Positions 1 through 7,031 of a DNA stretch of 39,138 bases are shown here, one piece after another; position 1 is the first letter of the stretch, and each line of letters starts with the position of its first letter. This stretch comes from a virus. The notes beneath the pieces were generated by a model, which made no database searches, had not been told where the DNA came from, and saw only the letters and a program-made list of their open reading frames with translations. The DNA is taken from IMG/VR virus record IMGVR_UViG_3300026272_000002, positions 1-39,138 of that record; one strand, 5' to 3'. The translations under genes were made by a program, and so were the position numbers.

Positions 1-107
1 CGTCGCCGTCGCTACGACCGAGAGCTGGAAAGACAAGAACAGCGGTGAGAAGAAAGAACTCACCGAATGGCACCGCATCACCTTCTACCGCAAGCTGGCA
101 GAAATCG
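1..107. repeat. Terminal overlap, identical to 39032..39138
   Basis: Compared base by base, the 107 nt are identical at both window ends. The overlap lies inside the ssb reading frame. Confidence 0.95.
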
Positions 108-355
108 CCGGCCAGTACCTGAAGAAAGGCAGCTCCATCTACATCGAAGGAAAACTACAGACGCGCAAATGGGAAGACAAGGAAGGTGTCGAGCGCTACA
201 CCACCGAGATCATCGCCGACAGCATGCAAATGCTTGGTGGTCGCCAGGATGATTCTGCACCAGCACGCCAGCAGCAACCTGCACGCCAACCGGCCCAAGG
301 TGCCGCCCGCCCTGCTCCGAACTTCTCGGACATGGATGACGACATCCCGTTCTGA
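2..355 (+). CDS. ssb: Single-stranded DNA-binding protein, C-terminal part (joined ORF is 444 nt, 147 aa)
   Basis: The frame continues ...[63 protein letters not shown]-rich linker follows and the protein ends in the canonical acidic tail DMDDDIPF before TGA at 353-355. Confidence 0.9.
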   Translation, partial: VAVATTESWKDKNSGEKKELTEWHRITFYRKLAEIAGQYLKKGSSIYIEGKLQTRKWEDKEGVERYTTEIIADSMQMLGGRQDDSAPARQQQPARQPAQGAARPAPNFSDMDDDIPF

Positions 356-429
356 ATTTGAATTTCCCGCAGCCGCCGGACTGCCAGTGCGCGATAGCGT
401 ACTCCGGCACAAACACTTACAAAGGATAG

Positions 430-1122
430 ATGATGAACGCAACTAGCAAACAAGAGCAGTCCACAATCGAAGGCATTGAGCCGGAAGCAGCAGAGTCGAT
501 TCACATGATCGCTCGTATCAATGCTGTTGCGCTGAAGATCGTCTATCCATTCGTGGCGCAGCAAGATATTCGCTTTTATCTCAACGCGATCAACATACGG
601 CCGCTTGATGACGGTTCGGTTATGGTCGTTGCGACAGACGGCCATCGCTATGTCGTGGTACGTGACCCTCACGGCTACGCAGAGCACGAAATCATCGTCG
701 GCATCAGCAAAGATGCGCTTAAGCATGCAGGCAACGCAAAGCACACGCTTGACGTCATGTCGAACGGAAATGCAATGATCTCCGGGCAAGTCGCCGAACC
801 ATTGTTCATCCAGCCGGGAAATGCTCTGGTTGATGCCAAGTTCCCGCGCATTGAACGCGTTGCGTCAACTGTCGGCTACAAGGAGGGGATCGGCGGCGCC
901 GTCAATCCGCGCTATCTGGCGGATGCGCTTGCAATCGGCAAGAGCTTCGGCGAGTCGATCCGCTTCTTCACTCGCGACAACGACAGCCCGCTCACATTCC
1001 TACTCGGAGGAATTGGCGAGCTCGAATGCTTTGGCGGAATCATGAAGATCCGCGACAGCTTCGAGACGCTTCCATCGTGGTTCCCTATTGCGACAGAGCC
1101 AACAACCCTTGATGAAGTGTGA
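430..1122 (+). CDS. Truncated DNA polymerase III beta sliding-clamp (DnaN)-like protein, 230 aa
   Basis: AAAGGA RBS upstream. Motifs IRFYLNAINI...VVATDGHRYVVV, LVDAKFPRIERV, AVNPRYLADAL and the C-terminal GGIMKIRD parallel the DnaN motifs RYYLNG...ATDGHRL, LVDGRFPDYRRV, FNVSYLLDVL and VVMPMRL. It is only about two thirds the length of a clamp monomer. Confidence 0.8.
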   Translation: MMNATSKQEQSTIEGIEPEAAESIHMIARINAVALKIVYPFVAQQDIRFYLNAINIRPLDDGSVMVVATDGHRYVVVRDPHGYAEHEIIVGISKDALKHAGNAKHTLDVMSNGNAMISGQVAEPLFIQPGNALVDAKFPRIERVASTVGYKEGIGGAVNPRYLADALAIGKSFGESIRFFTRDNDSPLTFLLGGIGELECFGGIMKIRDSFETLPSWFPIATEPTTLDEV

Positions 1123-1129
1123 GGATGAA

Positions 1130-2194
1130 ATGAAAGATCAAGACCTGTTCAACCTGCTGAACCGCCACCAAGGACCGATTGGGCAAGTTGAAGTGTGCCG
1201 GGAGGCCGCCGAGCGCTTGGCAGCGCTGTCTCCGGAACTGAATCGGGCATCGCCGCAAGTAACGGATGAGCAGATCAATCCAATATATCAAATCGGCGGG
1301 AAGAATCCTACCGTTTGGTGCGATACGAAAAAAGAAGATTGGGATCGTACGCCTTGGAATATGCGAAGAGTTGTTTATTCTGAACCTTCACAGAAAATGG
1401 TTCACGATGCAGTTAAAGAAGCGTTGGCTAAGGCTGAGAAAATTTGCACAGACTATGCAAGCTCAATGGCGAGCAATAGTTTAGGGGCTGGGGCCGACGT
1501 ATGTGCAGAGCGTATCCGTGCCCTCTCAGCACCGCCAGCAGCAGAGACGCCAAAATGTCCTCTCTGCGGAACGCATGAAATCGAATTGAGCCGCATTTGC
1601 CATAACTCGGCCTGCCATGGATATGCACACGCGGCAACCGTCTATGAAGGATGGAAGATGCCAGCAGCGCCCCAAGAGGCGAAGCCGGCAGCGGCTGATC
1701 CATTTGGACTGTCCGAGCAACAAATCTCCAAGCTGCTGCAAGGTGGCTTTAAGCCAGAAGAAATCGGTGGCGCACCTGAGTTGCAACATGAGCGTGTACG
1801 CGAACTCCTACATTGGTTTGCACGCCTGATTGATGGCAACGCCAACCCGAAATGGGCAAACCGACATGCTTCCGAACTGGCGTACTACGTCGCTACGATG
1901 AGCACGCAAAAGCACATTGACGTGGCTGCTGTTCGCCAAGATGGCTTCATTGCTGGATGCAATATCTCATCGCAAGAGCGTTCTATGCTTGAACGCCACG
2001 GAGTAATCGCCGCCGCACCGCAGGAAAAAGCGCCAGTAGATAAGGATGCGATCCGCAATGCGGCGTTGCAGGAAGCCGCTGCCGAGCTTGACGCAATGCA
2101 TAAGCGCCTACGTGGCAACCAACACAATCATTATGCATTTTGTGCAGCACGCGTACTCGCCCTGCAATCCCAACCGCAGCAGGTGGCAGAGTGA
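1130..2194 (+). CDS. Hypothetical protein (355 aa) with a Cys/His cluster CPLCGTHEIELSRICHNSACHGY
   Basis: Long ORF. The in-frame ATG at 1130 lies just after GAGGA. ATG 1112 and the track start 1088 are alternatives that overlap the upstream gene. Confidence 0.7.
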   Translation: MKDQDLFNLLNRHQGPIGQVEVCREAAERLAALSPELNRASPQVTDEQINPIYQIGGKNPTVWCDTKKEDWDRTPWNMRRVVYSEPSQKMVHDAVKEALAKAEKICTDYASSMASNSLGAGADVCAERIRALSAPPAAETPKCPLCGTHEIELSRICHNSACHGYAHAATVYEGWKMPAAPQEAKPAAADPFGLSEQQISKLLQGGFKPEEIGGAPELQHERVRELLHWFARLIDGNANPKWANRHASELAYYVATMSTQKHIDVAAVRQDGFIAGCNISSQERSMLERHGVIAAAPQEKAPVDKDAIRNAALQEAAAELDAMHKRLRGNQHNHYAFCAARVLALQSQPQQVAE

Positions 2195-2439
2195 GCGCGC
2201 CGGTTACGCAGTGGTTCCCTCCGAACACTAGACCCACGCATGTCGGTTTGTATGACGTTGATCTAACCGGAAACGGGGCATATCAAGGCGCTTCTTATTG
2301 GGACGGAATCGCATGGTGCAATACATGGTCGTGGGGGACAAAGAATGTCGGCGATAAAACGCATACATCGTCTTTCCAAGGCAGATATTGGCGCGGCCTC
2401 GCCGACAAGCCAGCAACTACAGCGAAGGAAGAGACGTGA
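2191..2439 (+). CDS. Hypothetical small protein (Trp-rich, WFPPNTRPTHVGLYDV...)
   Basis: The GTG start forms a GTGA overlap with the upstream stop. The ORF lies in the operon orientation. Confidence 0.6.
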   Translation: MSAPVTQWFPPNTRPTHVGLYDVDLTGNGAYQGASYWDGIAWCNTWSWGTKNVGDKTHTSSFQGRYWRGLADKPATTAKEET

Positions 2440-2639
2440 ACGCAGAAGACAAATTGGTATCGGCATTTAAAGAATTCATTGAAGCCGAAGGTGTTTCGAC
2501 TGGCCTTTCCGTCGTCACTGGAATGTTCGTTTCGCTAGTCGAGGCTGTTACCGAAGCGAAAGGGCTTGATGCCTCAAAACAAATCAAGGTCGATGGCGGC
2601 GAGCAACGCGACATCACTATTCATGCTGCGAAAGGGTAA
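2436..2639 (+). CDS. Hypothetical small protein
   Basis: The GTG start forms a GTGA overlap with the upstream stop and is preceded by a GAAGGAAGAG RBS. Confidence 0.6.
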   Translation: MNAEDKLVSAFKEFIEAEGVSTGLSVVTGMFVSLVEAVTEAKGLDASKQIKVDGGEQRDITIHAAKG

Positions 2640-2642
2640 CCC

Positions 2643-3950
2643 ATGACCGAATTGAACATCGACCGCACTGCTGCCGAGCAGGAATACGCAAATATCGCAC
2701 ACGACTTCGTAAAAAACCCAATCGGAAGCCGTGACTGGTGCATTTTCTGGGAAGGTTGGTGCGCCAAAAAGCGCTCCATGCAGGTCAGCGCGGAGCCGGT
2801 AGCCGAATTTAAGCGATGGAATAAAGGTGGAAGTGGAGAACACGTTAGCGTCCAATTCAATATTGATCCATCTACGTTGCCAGATAACGGAGAATTATTC
2901 CTCGCCCCTCCAGCGCCTGTAAGTGCTTCTGCAATGTCAGACACGATGAAGACACTCGTCGCCGAAGGGCAAGAGCAGGACGATGATGCCGCGTGGCTCG
3001 CGGAACATCGGGAGCGCAAGCTGACAGCGCCTGTAAGTGAGCCCGACGAACCGAAGAAAGGCGATATCGTCGTCTGGCTGCGTCGTCGTGCAGGGAATGA
3101 TCTGGTCATGATTCCGGGGCGCCTTGCTGGCGAGATCGCGGACCACATCGAGAAATTGGCAGCGCCTGTAAGTGCGGAGCCGGTGAAGGGTCATATCATG
3201 GGCAGGTGGTTCGAGGCAAAAACGATAGATGAGATGCAGGCGTTTTATCTTTCCAGACTGTCAGCCATCAAGGAAGCCGCGAAAGAAGTTGGTTATGCAA
3301 TCGCTGTGCATGGATCTACTCGGCGCGACTTCGACCTGATGGCAATGGCATGGCGCGATGGGGCAGTAGATAAAGATGTTCTTGCGCACGCTGTTGCGAT
3401 GGCGGCTTGCGGCATAGATCGTGAAGGCCCTTATCAATGGGAGGAAAAGCCGCTTGGTCGGTCAGCTACATCCATACCGGTTTGCTGGACTACTTGGCAC
3501 GACATGGTCGGCGCTGGACATATTGATTTGTCCGTTGTAGAAGTTCCTGCTGCGGTTGGATTCACAAATCATCTTGCGCGAGCTGAGGGTATTGTCGCGG
3601 GTTGGCCTGAATGGAAACAAGGCTACAAGCTCACCAAGGATTATTCATTGCCAAGCGCGGATGCACCAACTGAAGAGTTTTTAAGCGCCCCGCCATCCAC
3701 AGATGCGAAGGACAGCGAGCGCATGTTCCCCATGCAACATCCTTGCCTGCCAATTCCATGGAAGACGGCGGAAATTATCTATGCCGGGTATGCGGCGCTT
3801 TATGGCACGAAGCAATCAATGGAGCGGATGGCTGAACGTGGCGGGTTCGGATGGGGCGAAGTCGGCATCATTTATCGCGAGCCCCGCGCCGGGAATCTGA
3901 TGGACAAACTATCGCGCGCAGCTATCGCGGCTAAGGAGGCGGGAAAGTGA
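2643..3950 (+). CDS. Multi-module hypothetical protein (435 aa) with three APVS linker repeats
   Basis: Long ORF with an ATG 4 nt after the upstream stop. It contains three exact 15-nt repeats that encode the linkers. Confidence 0.8.
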   Translation: MTELNIDRTAAEQEYANIAHDFVKNPIGSRDWCIFWEGWCAKKRSMQVSAEPVAEFKRWNKGGSGEHVSVQFNIDPSTLPDNGELFLAPPAPVSASAMSDTMKTLVAEGQEQDDDAAWLAEHRERKLTAPVSEPDEPKKGDIVVWLRRRAGNDLVMIPGRLAGEIADHIEKLAAPVSAEPVKGHIMGRWFEAKTIDEMQAFYLSRLSAIKEAAKEVGYAIAVHGSTRRDFDLMAMAWRDGAVDKDVLAHAVAMAACGIDREGPYQWEEKPLGRSATSIPVCWTTWHDMVGAGHIDLSVVEVPAAVGFTNHLARAEGIVAGWPEWKQGYKLTKDYSLPSADAPTEEFLSAPPSTDAKDSERMFPMQHPCLPIPWKTAEIIYAGYAALYGTKQSMERMAERGGFGWGEVGIIYREPRAGNLMDKLSRAAIAAKEAGK

Positions 3951-4153
3951 TATTTAAAATACTGGGAATTATCGCGGCGCTTGCCGCTTGCGGATACATC
4001 GCTGCTGCTGGATGGGCAATGAATGCTATGTCGGTAGGATTTAGCGGAAAGGTAAGCTGGATTGGCGTGATTCTCTTTCTGGCTGGCGTCGCTGTGTTCT
4101 GCCTGACCATTTACTACTCGCCCTTTTCGATTTCGTTTAAGGAATCCCCATGA
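3947..4153 (+). CDS. Small membrane protein (two predicted TM helices)
   Basis: The GTG start forms a GTGA overlap and is preceded by an AAGGAGG RBS. Hydrophobic segments are ILGIIAALAACGYIAAAGWA and WIGVILFLAGVAVFCLTIYY. Confidence 0.7.
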   Translation: MIFKILGIIAALAACGYIAAAGWAMNAMSVGFSGKVSWIGVILFLAGVAVFCLTIYYSPFSISFKESP

Positions 4154-4356
4154 GCCACCAGTTACTAACGAGCCGGAATAAGCGCGAGGGGAAATACGCT
4201 GGCAAATTCAACGCGCGGCATTTCCGTACAAGAGAGCAATACGAAACCATGCCGGGCTACGAGTGCGCATTTGATGAATGGTGGTTCTCGCCATATTTTG
4301 ACGATGACGGCGTATATACAACAATGCCAAGGAGCGTTTCTCGTGACTATGAATAA
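4150..4356 (+). CDS. Hypothetical small protein
   Basis: ATGA overlap with the upstream stop. Confidence 0.6.
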   Translation: MSHQLLTSRNKREGKYAGKFNARHFRTREQYETMPGYECAFDEWWFSPYFDDDGVYTTMPRSVSRDYE

Positions 4357-4582
4357 TCAACTTCCCAAACTACCAGAGCCATTCAGCGCAGAGTTATTCC
4401 ATGCCGACCAAATGCGCGCCTACGCCGAACTCGCCATTGCCAGCGTGAAGTGGGAGCCGCTGAGCGATGAGCAGATTACTGAACTTGATCTGCCGGGAAT
4501 GATGTACATAGACATCGTACGCAAGGTCGAACAGGCCCACGGCATCACCGCTACTACTGTTAGCAGGGAGGATAAGAAATGA
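4343..4582 (+). CDS. Hypothetical small protein
   Basis: The GTG at 4343 lies 8 nt after AAGGAG. ATG 4349 is an alternative start. The track start 4271 would overlap the upstream gene extensively. Confidence 0.6.
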   Translation: MTMNNQLPKLPEPFSAELFHADQMRAYAELAIASVKWEPLSDEQITELDLPGMMYIDIVRKVEQAHGITATTVSREDKK

Positions 4583-4773
4583 CGCTCAACGAACAGTACG
4601 CGAAACACATGATCGCTGGAAACACGAATGCGTGCATCGCCATGGAAGAGAAATATGGCCTGTATGGCTACCCGCCTGAACTAGTCAGCGTCGGCCTCGC
4701 GGCCATCGAAGCTGGTCATGCGCCGGAGGATGCTATCTACGCTGTTATCGGAGAGGATGGGAATGCCGATTAA
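4579..4773 (+). CDS. Hypothetical small protein
   Basis: ATGA overlap with the upstream stop. Confidence 0.6.
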   Translation: MTLNEQYAKHMIAGNTNACIAMEEKYGLYGYPPELVSVGLAAIEAGHAPEDAIYAVIGEDGNAD

Positions 4774-5032
4774 GCCAGTGGTGCGCACGGTATATTTTGC
4801 GCCGACGCGTGGTCGCCACTATATGACTAAAGGCGGCGCTATCAGGGCCGAGGCCCGCGCCCTTCTCAAGAACAAGTTTCCATCGGAGAAAGCGGAGTAT
4901 GAAGAACCCGGCTTTCAGACCTACCCCGGCTTCTACTGGACAGATCTGCCGCGGTCGGACGTTCTGTTTCGCCGCGTATGCCGACTGATCAAGAATTCAA
5001 CGCCACCAGCACCAGGCACTGAGGGAGAGTGA
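4763..5032 (+). CDS. Hypothetical small protein
   Basis: The ATG at 4763 follows GGAGAGGA. It is in frame with the longer track ORF 4718..5032. Confidence 0.6.
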   Translation: MPIKPVVRTVYFAPTRGRHYMTKGGAIRAEARALLKNKFPSEKAEYEEPGFQTYPGFYWTDLPRSDVLFRRVCRLIKNSTPPAPGTEGE

Positions 5033-5034
5033 AA

Positions 5035-5253
5035 ATGAAAGTATATAAGGTTGAATTGCTTGTCTTGGACTTTGAGGGATATGGCGCAGACAACATTAGA
5101 AGCGTTGTCGAAAATAGCCGCCACATGAACGCGTCGGTTATGGCGGTTGAAAGCAGAGAAATCGGTGAGTGGCAAGACGACAATCCACTGAACCACCGCG
5201 ATAAGGCTAAGGAGGAATTCAAACGCCTTTTCGAAAGAGCTGAGGGAGAGTGA
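5035..5253 (+). CDS. Hypothetical acidic small protein
   Basis: The ATG at 5035 follows GAGGGAGAG. GTG 5029 is an alternative start with a GTGA overlap. Confidence 0.6.
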   Translation: MKVYKVELLVLDFEGYGADNIRSVVENSRHMNASVMAVESREIGEWQDDNPLNHRDKAKEEFKRLFERAEGE

Positions 5254-5254
5254 A

Positions 5255-5566
5255 GTGAGCGCGCCGAAAGAAGGAAAGCGAGTGCCGGCCAAAGAGGCTG
5301 CAGCAATTCTTGGAATCGAAGAGCATCTTATCAGTCGGCTGGATGCCGGCGGGCGCTGGATCAAACGGTATAAGCTGACGCGAAAGACACACGTATATGA
5401 CGTCGATTCCCTTTATCTTTACTTAGAATCATGCCAATCGAAACCATTACAAAAGCCGGGCGCAAGCGGCTCCGCTGGACGTTCAACCGGATCATTTCGG
5501 GCCAGCGTGTCCGCCAAACCAAAGTTCTCCCTGCGGGAATATCTACCGCAGAAGCAGACGGTTTAG
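5255..5566 (+). CDS. xis: Excisionase / AlpA-like helix-turn-helix protein (putative Xis)
   Basis: The N-terminal part KRVPAKEAAAILGIEEHLISRLDAGGRWIKRYKL looks like an MerR/excisionase-type HTH. The gene sits immediately upstream of int. The reading frame overlaps the int start by 136 nt, so the real C-terminus is uncertain. Confidence 0.55.
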   Translation: MSAPKEGKRVPAKEAAAILGIEEHLISRLDAGGRWIKRYKLTRKTHVYDVDSLYLYLESCQSKPLQKPGASGSAGRSTGSFRASVSAKPKFSLREYLPQKQTV

Positions 5567-6429
5567 CGCGTGCCTGGGAAGCTGAGATTTACGCGCTGGC
5601 GACCGGCCAGCGGAAAGAGGTTGTGACGATCGGCGATTGCGTTAAGCTGCATGTCGCAGATAAATGCGCTGAATGGAAGGATGCTACCGCGCGCATCGGA
5701 ATTCTGGAAAAGTGGGCTCCCGAGTACAAAGATCAAGACGCGACTGACTTGCATGACTGGTCAAAGAAGTTTGTCGGCTATATGCGAGCGAAGCAGGATA
5801 AGCACGGTAAACCAAAGAATCCGCTTACAGACAGTTCTATCCGCAATGTTTTGGCGTACCTACGGGCAGCGATGAAATACGCATTCAAAGTAGGCAAGCT
5901 TTCTGAGGATCAGACGGCGCGCATGACGATACCGTCAGTCAATAATGAGCGCCACCACTACCCTGATCGGCGGGAGATGCTTCGGATCGCCAGGAAATGC
6001 CGAAACCGCCAGGTACGCGCCGCGATTCGGATCGCCTTCTATTCGGGCATGCGGAAGGCAGAAATATTACGTGCCAAGCGTACCAAGAAGGGATTTTTGT
6101 TGGAAGATACTAAAAACGGTGAACGGCGGATAATCCCCATCCACCCGCGCATTGCTGTTCTGGCACGCAAGATTCGCTTCACGATCGATGAGGAAAAAGT
6201 ATCTGATCAATGGGATATCGCCCGGGAGCTGGCAGGGTATCCGGATACACGATTCCATGACCTGCGACACGGCGCCGCATCAGAGATGATCAACTCAGGC
6301 GTAGACCTATACACAGTCGGCGCTGTACTCGGTCATATGTCGCCGGCATCGACTCGCCGTTATAGCCATTTGGTGACCGACCGATTAGCTGATGCTGTTT
6401 CTAAAATCGGTGGTAAAAAGGGGAAATAG
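5431..6429 (+). CDS. int: Tyrosine recombinase (phage integrase)
   Basis: C-terminal catalytic signature ...HDLRHGAASEMINSGVDLYTVGAVLGHMSPASTRRYSHL (HxxR ... H ... Y), with an upstream Arg in GMRKAEILRAKR. It is followed directly by attP. Confidence 0.92.
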   Translation: MPIETITKAGRKRLRWTFNRIISGQRVRQTKVLPAGISTAEADGLARAWEAEIYALATGQRKEVVTIGDCVKLHVADKCAEWKDATARIGILEKWAPEYKDQDATDLHDWSKKFVGYMRAKQDKHGKPKNPLTDSSIRNVLAYLRAAMKYAFKVGKLSEDQTARMTIPSVNNERHHYPDRREMLRIARKCRNRQVRAAIRIAFYSGMRKAEILRAKRTKKGFLLEDTKNGERRIIPIHPRIAVLARKIRFTIDEEKVSDQWDIARELAGYPDTRFHDLRHGAASEMINSGVDLYTVGAVLGHMSPASTRRYSHLVTDRLADAVSKIGGKKGK

Positions 6430-6461
6430 AGTGTGTGTATTTCTGCCATTCTATTGTATTC

Positions 6462-6481
6462 AACTGTATCTATTCACAGTA
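6462..6481. promoter_or_regulatory. SOS (LexA-type) box AACTGTATCTATTCACAGTA
   Basis: CTGT (6464-67), N8, ACAG (6476-79), with an AT-rich spacer and 16 of 20 matches to TACTGTATATATATACAGTA. It is non-coding and lies in the attP arm. Confidence 0.55.
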
Positions 6482-6483
6482 TT

Positions 6484-6489
6484 TATAAT
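6484..6489 (+). promoter_or_regulatory. Perfect TATAAT -10 hexamer between two SOS boxes (possible SOS-gated promoter)
   Basis: TATAAT lies 2 nt after the first SOS box. No good -35 is present (TTCAAC at 19-nt spacing), so the promoter call is tentative. Confidence 0.3.
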
Positions 6490-6527
6490 GGCTAAGTCAT
6501 TGATATTTGCCTGCAAACCCTATGCAA

Positions 6528-6547
6528 TGCTGTGTTTAATAACAGTT
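6528..6547. promoter_or_regulatory. SOS (LexA-type) box TGCTGTGTTTAATAACAGTT
   Basis: CTGT (6530-33), N8, ACAG (6542-45). It shares the CTGTGTTTA left half with the boxes at 34101 and (reverse strand) 7032. It ends 4 nt before the tRNA-derived core. Confidence 0.5.
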
Positions 6548-6551
6548 ATAT

Positions 6552-6600
6552 CGGACTCTTAATCCGTAGGTCGAGTGTTCGAGCCACTCACGCCCCACCA
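6552..6600 (+). other. attP core: 3' 49 nt of a tRNA-Lys(CUU) gene (anticodon arm to CCA), not an intact tRNA
   Basis: CGGA-CTCTTAA-TCCG anticodon arm (anticodon CTT), variable loop AGGTC, T-arm GAGTG-TTCGAGC-CACTC, and acceptor 3' strand ACGCCCC plus ACCA. No matching 5' acceptor strand or D-arm is found upstream. Confidence 0.8.
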
Positions 6601-6611
6601 AAGAATACAAA

Positions 6612-6644
6612 GGGTTCCAAGCTATTGGAGCCCTTTTTCTTTTT
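6612..6644 (+). terminator. Rho-independent terminator after the tRNA fragment (possibly bidirectional)
   Basis: Stem GGGTTCC (6612-18) pairs with GGAGCCC (6627-33) around an 8-nt loop, followed by TTTTTCTTTTT. Confidence 0.7.
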
Positions 6645-6672
6645 CAGGTCAGTGTGCATTTTTCTGACAAAC

Positions 6673-7026
6673 TCAACTTGGTTTCGGTCCATGCAGCGGC
6701 GCATCGGTAACCGGTGGCGTCTCATTCAGAATTTCAACAGCCCACTCCTGCAAAGTCGTCGCTGCATTATCGGCATCGAATGAATCGCGCTGCCAGCCAC
6801 GTACCATCATCGCCCGATCGCGCAGGCCAATGATCTGAGGTTGATAGAGCGGGAAGAGAAGATCAGCAGTCCCGACGGCCTGACTCCCCCATTCGAAGAA
6901 ATGCATGACCGGGTAGCCTTCAACGATAAAGGCCTGGATCCGCCCGCGCATGCCTACATCGGCGGCAATATCTTGCTCGCGCCGGCGCCGTCCTTTATCT
7001 CTAAGCTGGGTGACTTTTGCGTACAT
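6673..7026 (-). CDS. Hypothetical 117-aa protein; candidate SOS-regulated moron or antirepressor
   Basis: ORF on the minus strand. The track start (GTG 7047) lies inside the SOS box, and ATG 7026 lies 5 nt downstream of it. No Shine-Dalgarno sequence is present, so the mRNA may be leaderless. No family was recognised. Confidence 0.55.
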   Translation of the reverse strand: MYAKVTQLRDKGRRRREQDIAADVGMRGRIQAFIVEGYPVMHFFEWGSQAVGTADLLFPLYQPQIIGLRDRAMMVRGWQRDSFDADNAATTLQEWAVEILNETPPVTDAPLHGPKPS

Positions 7027-7031
7027 GGATT

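Noticed and set aside
6488-6562. 24-codon hydrophobic ORF (MAKSLIFACKPYAMLCLITVISDS) between the two attP SOS boxes, reminiscent of SOS-induced toxic peptides
   Set aside because: Its ATG overlaps the only good -10 hexamer, it has no RBS, and it runs into the tRNA-derived core. The evidence is too weak to call, though it is worth checking if a transcript is found here.
6525-6600. Possible intact tRNA gene
   Set aside because: Only the anticodon arm, T-arm and 3' acceptor strand are present. There is no GGGGCGT 5' acceptor strand or D-arm upstream, so this is an attP core fragment.
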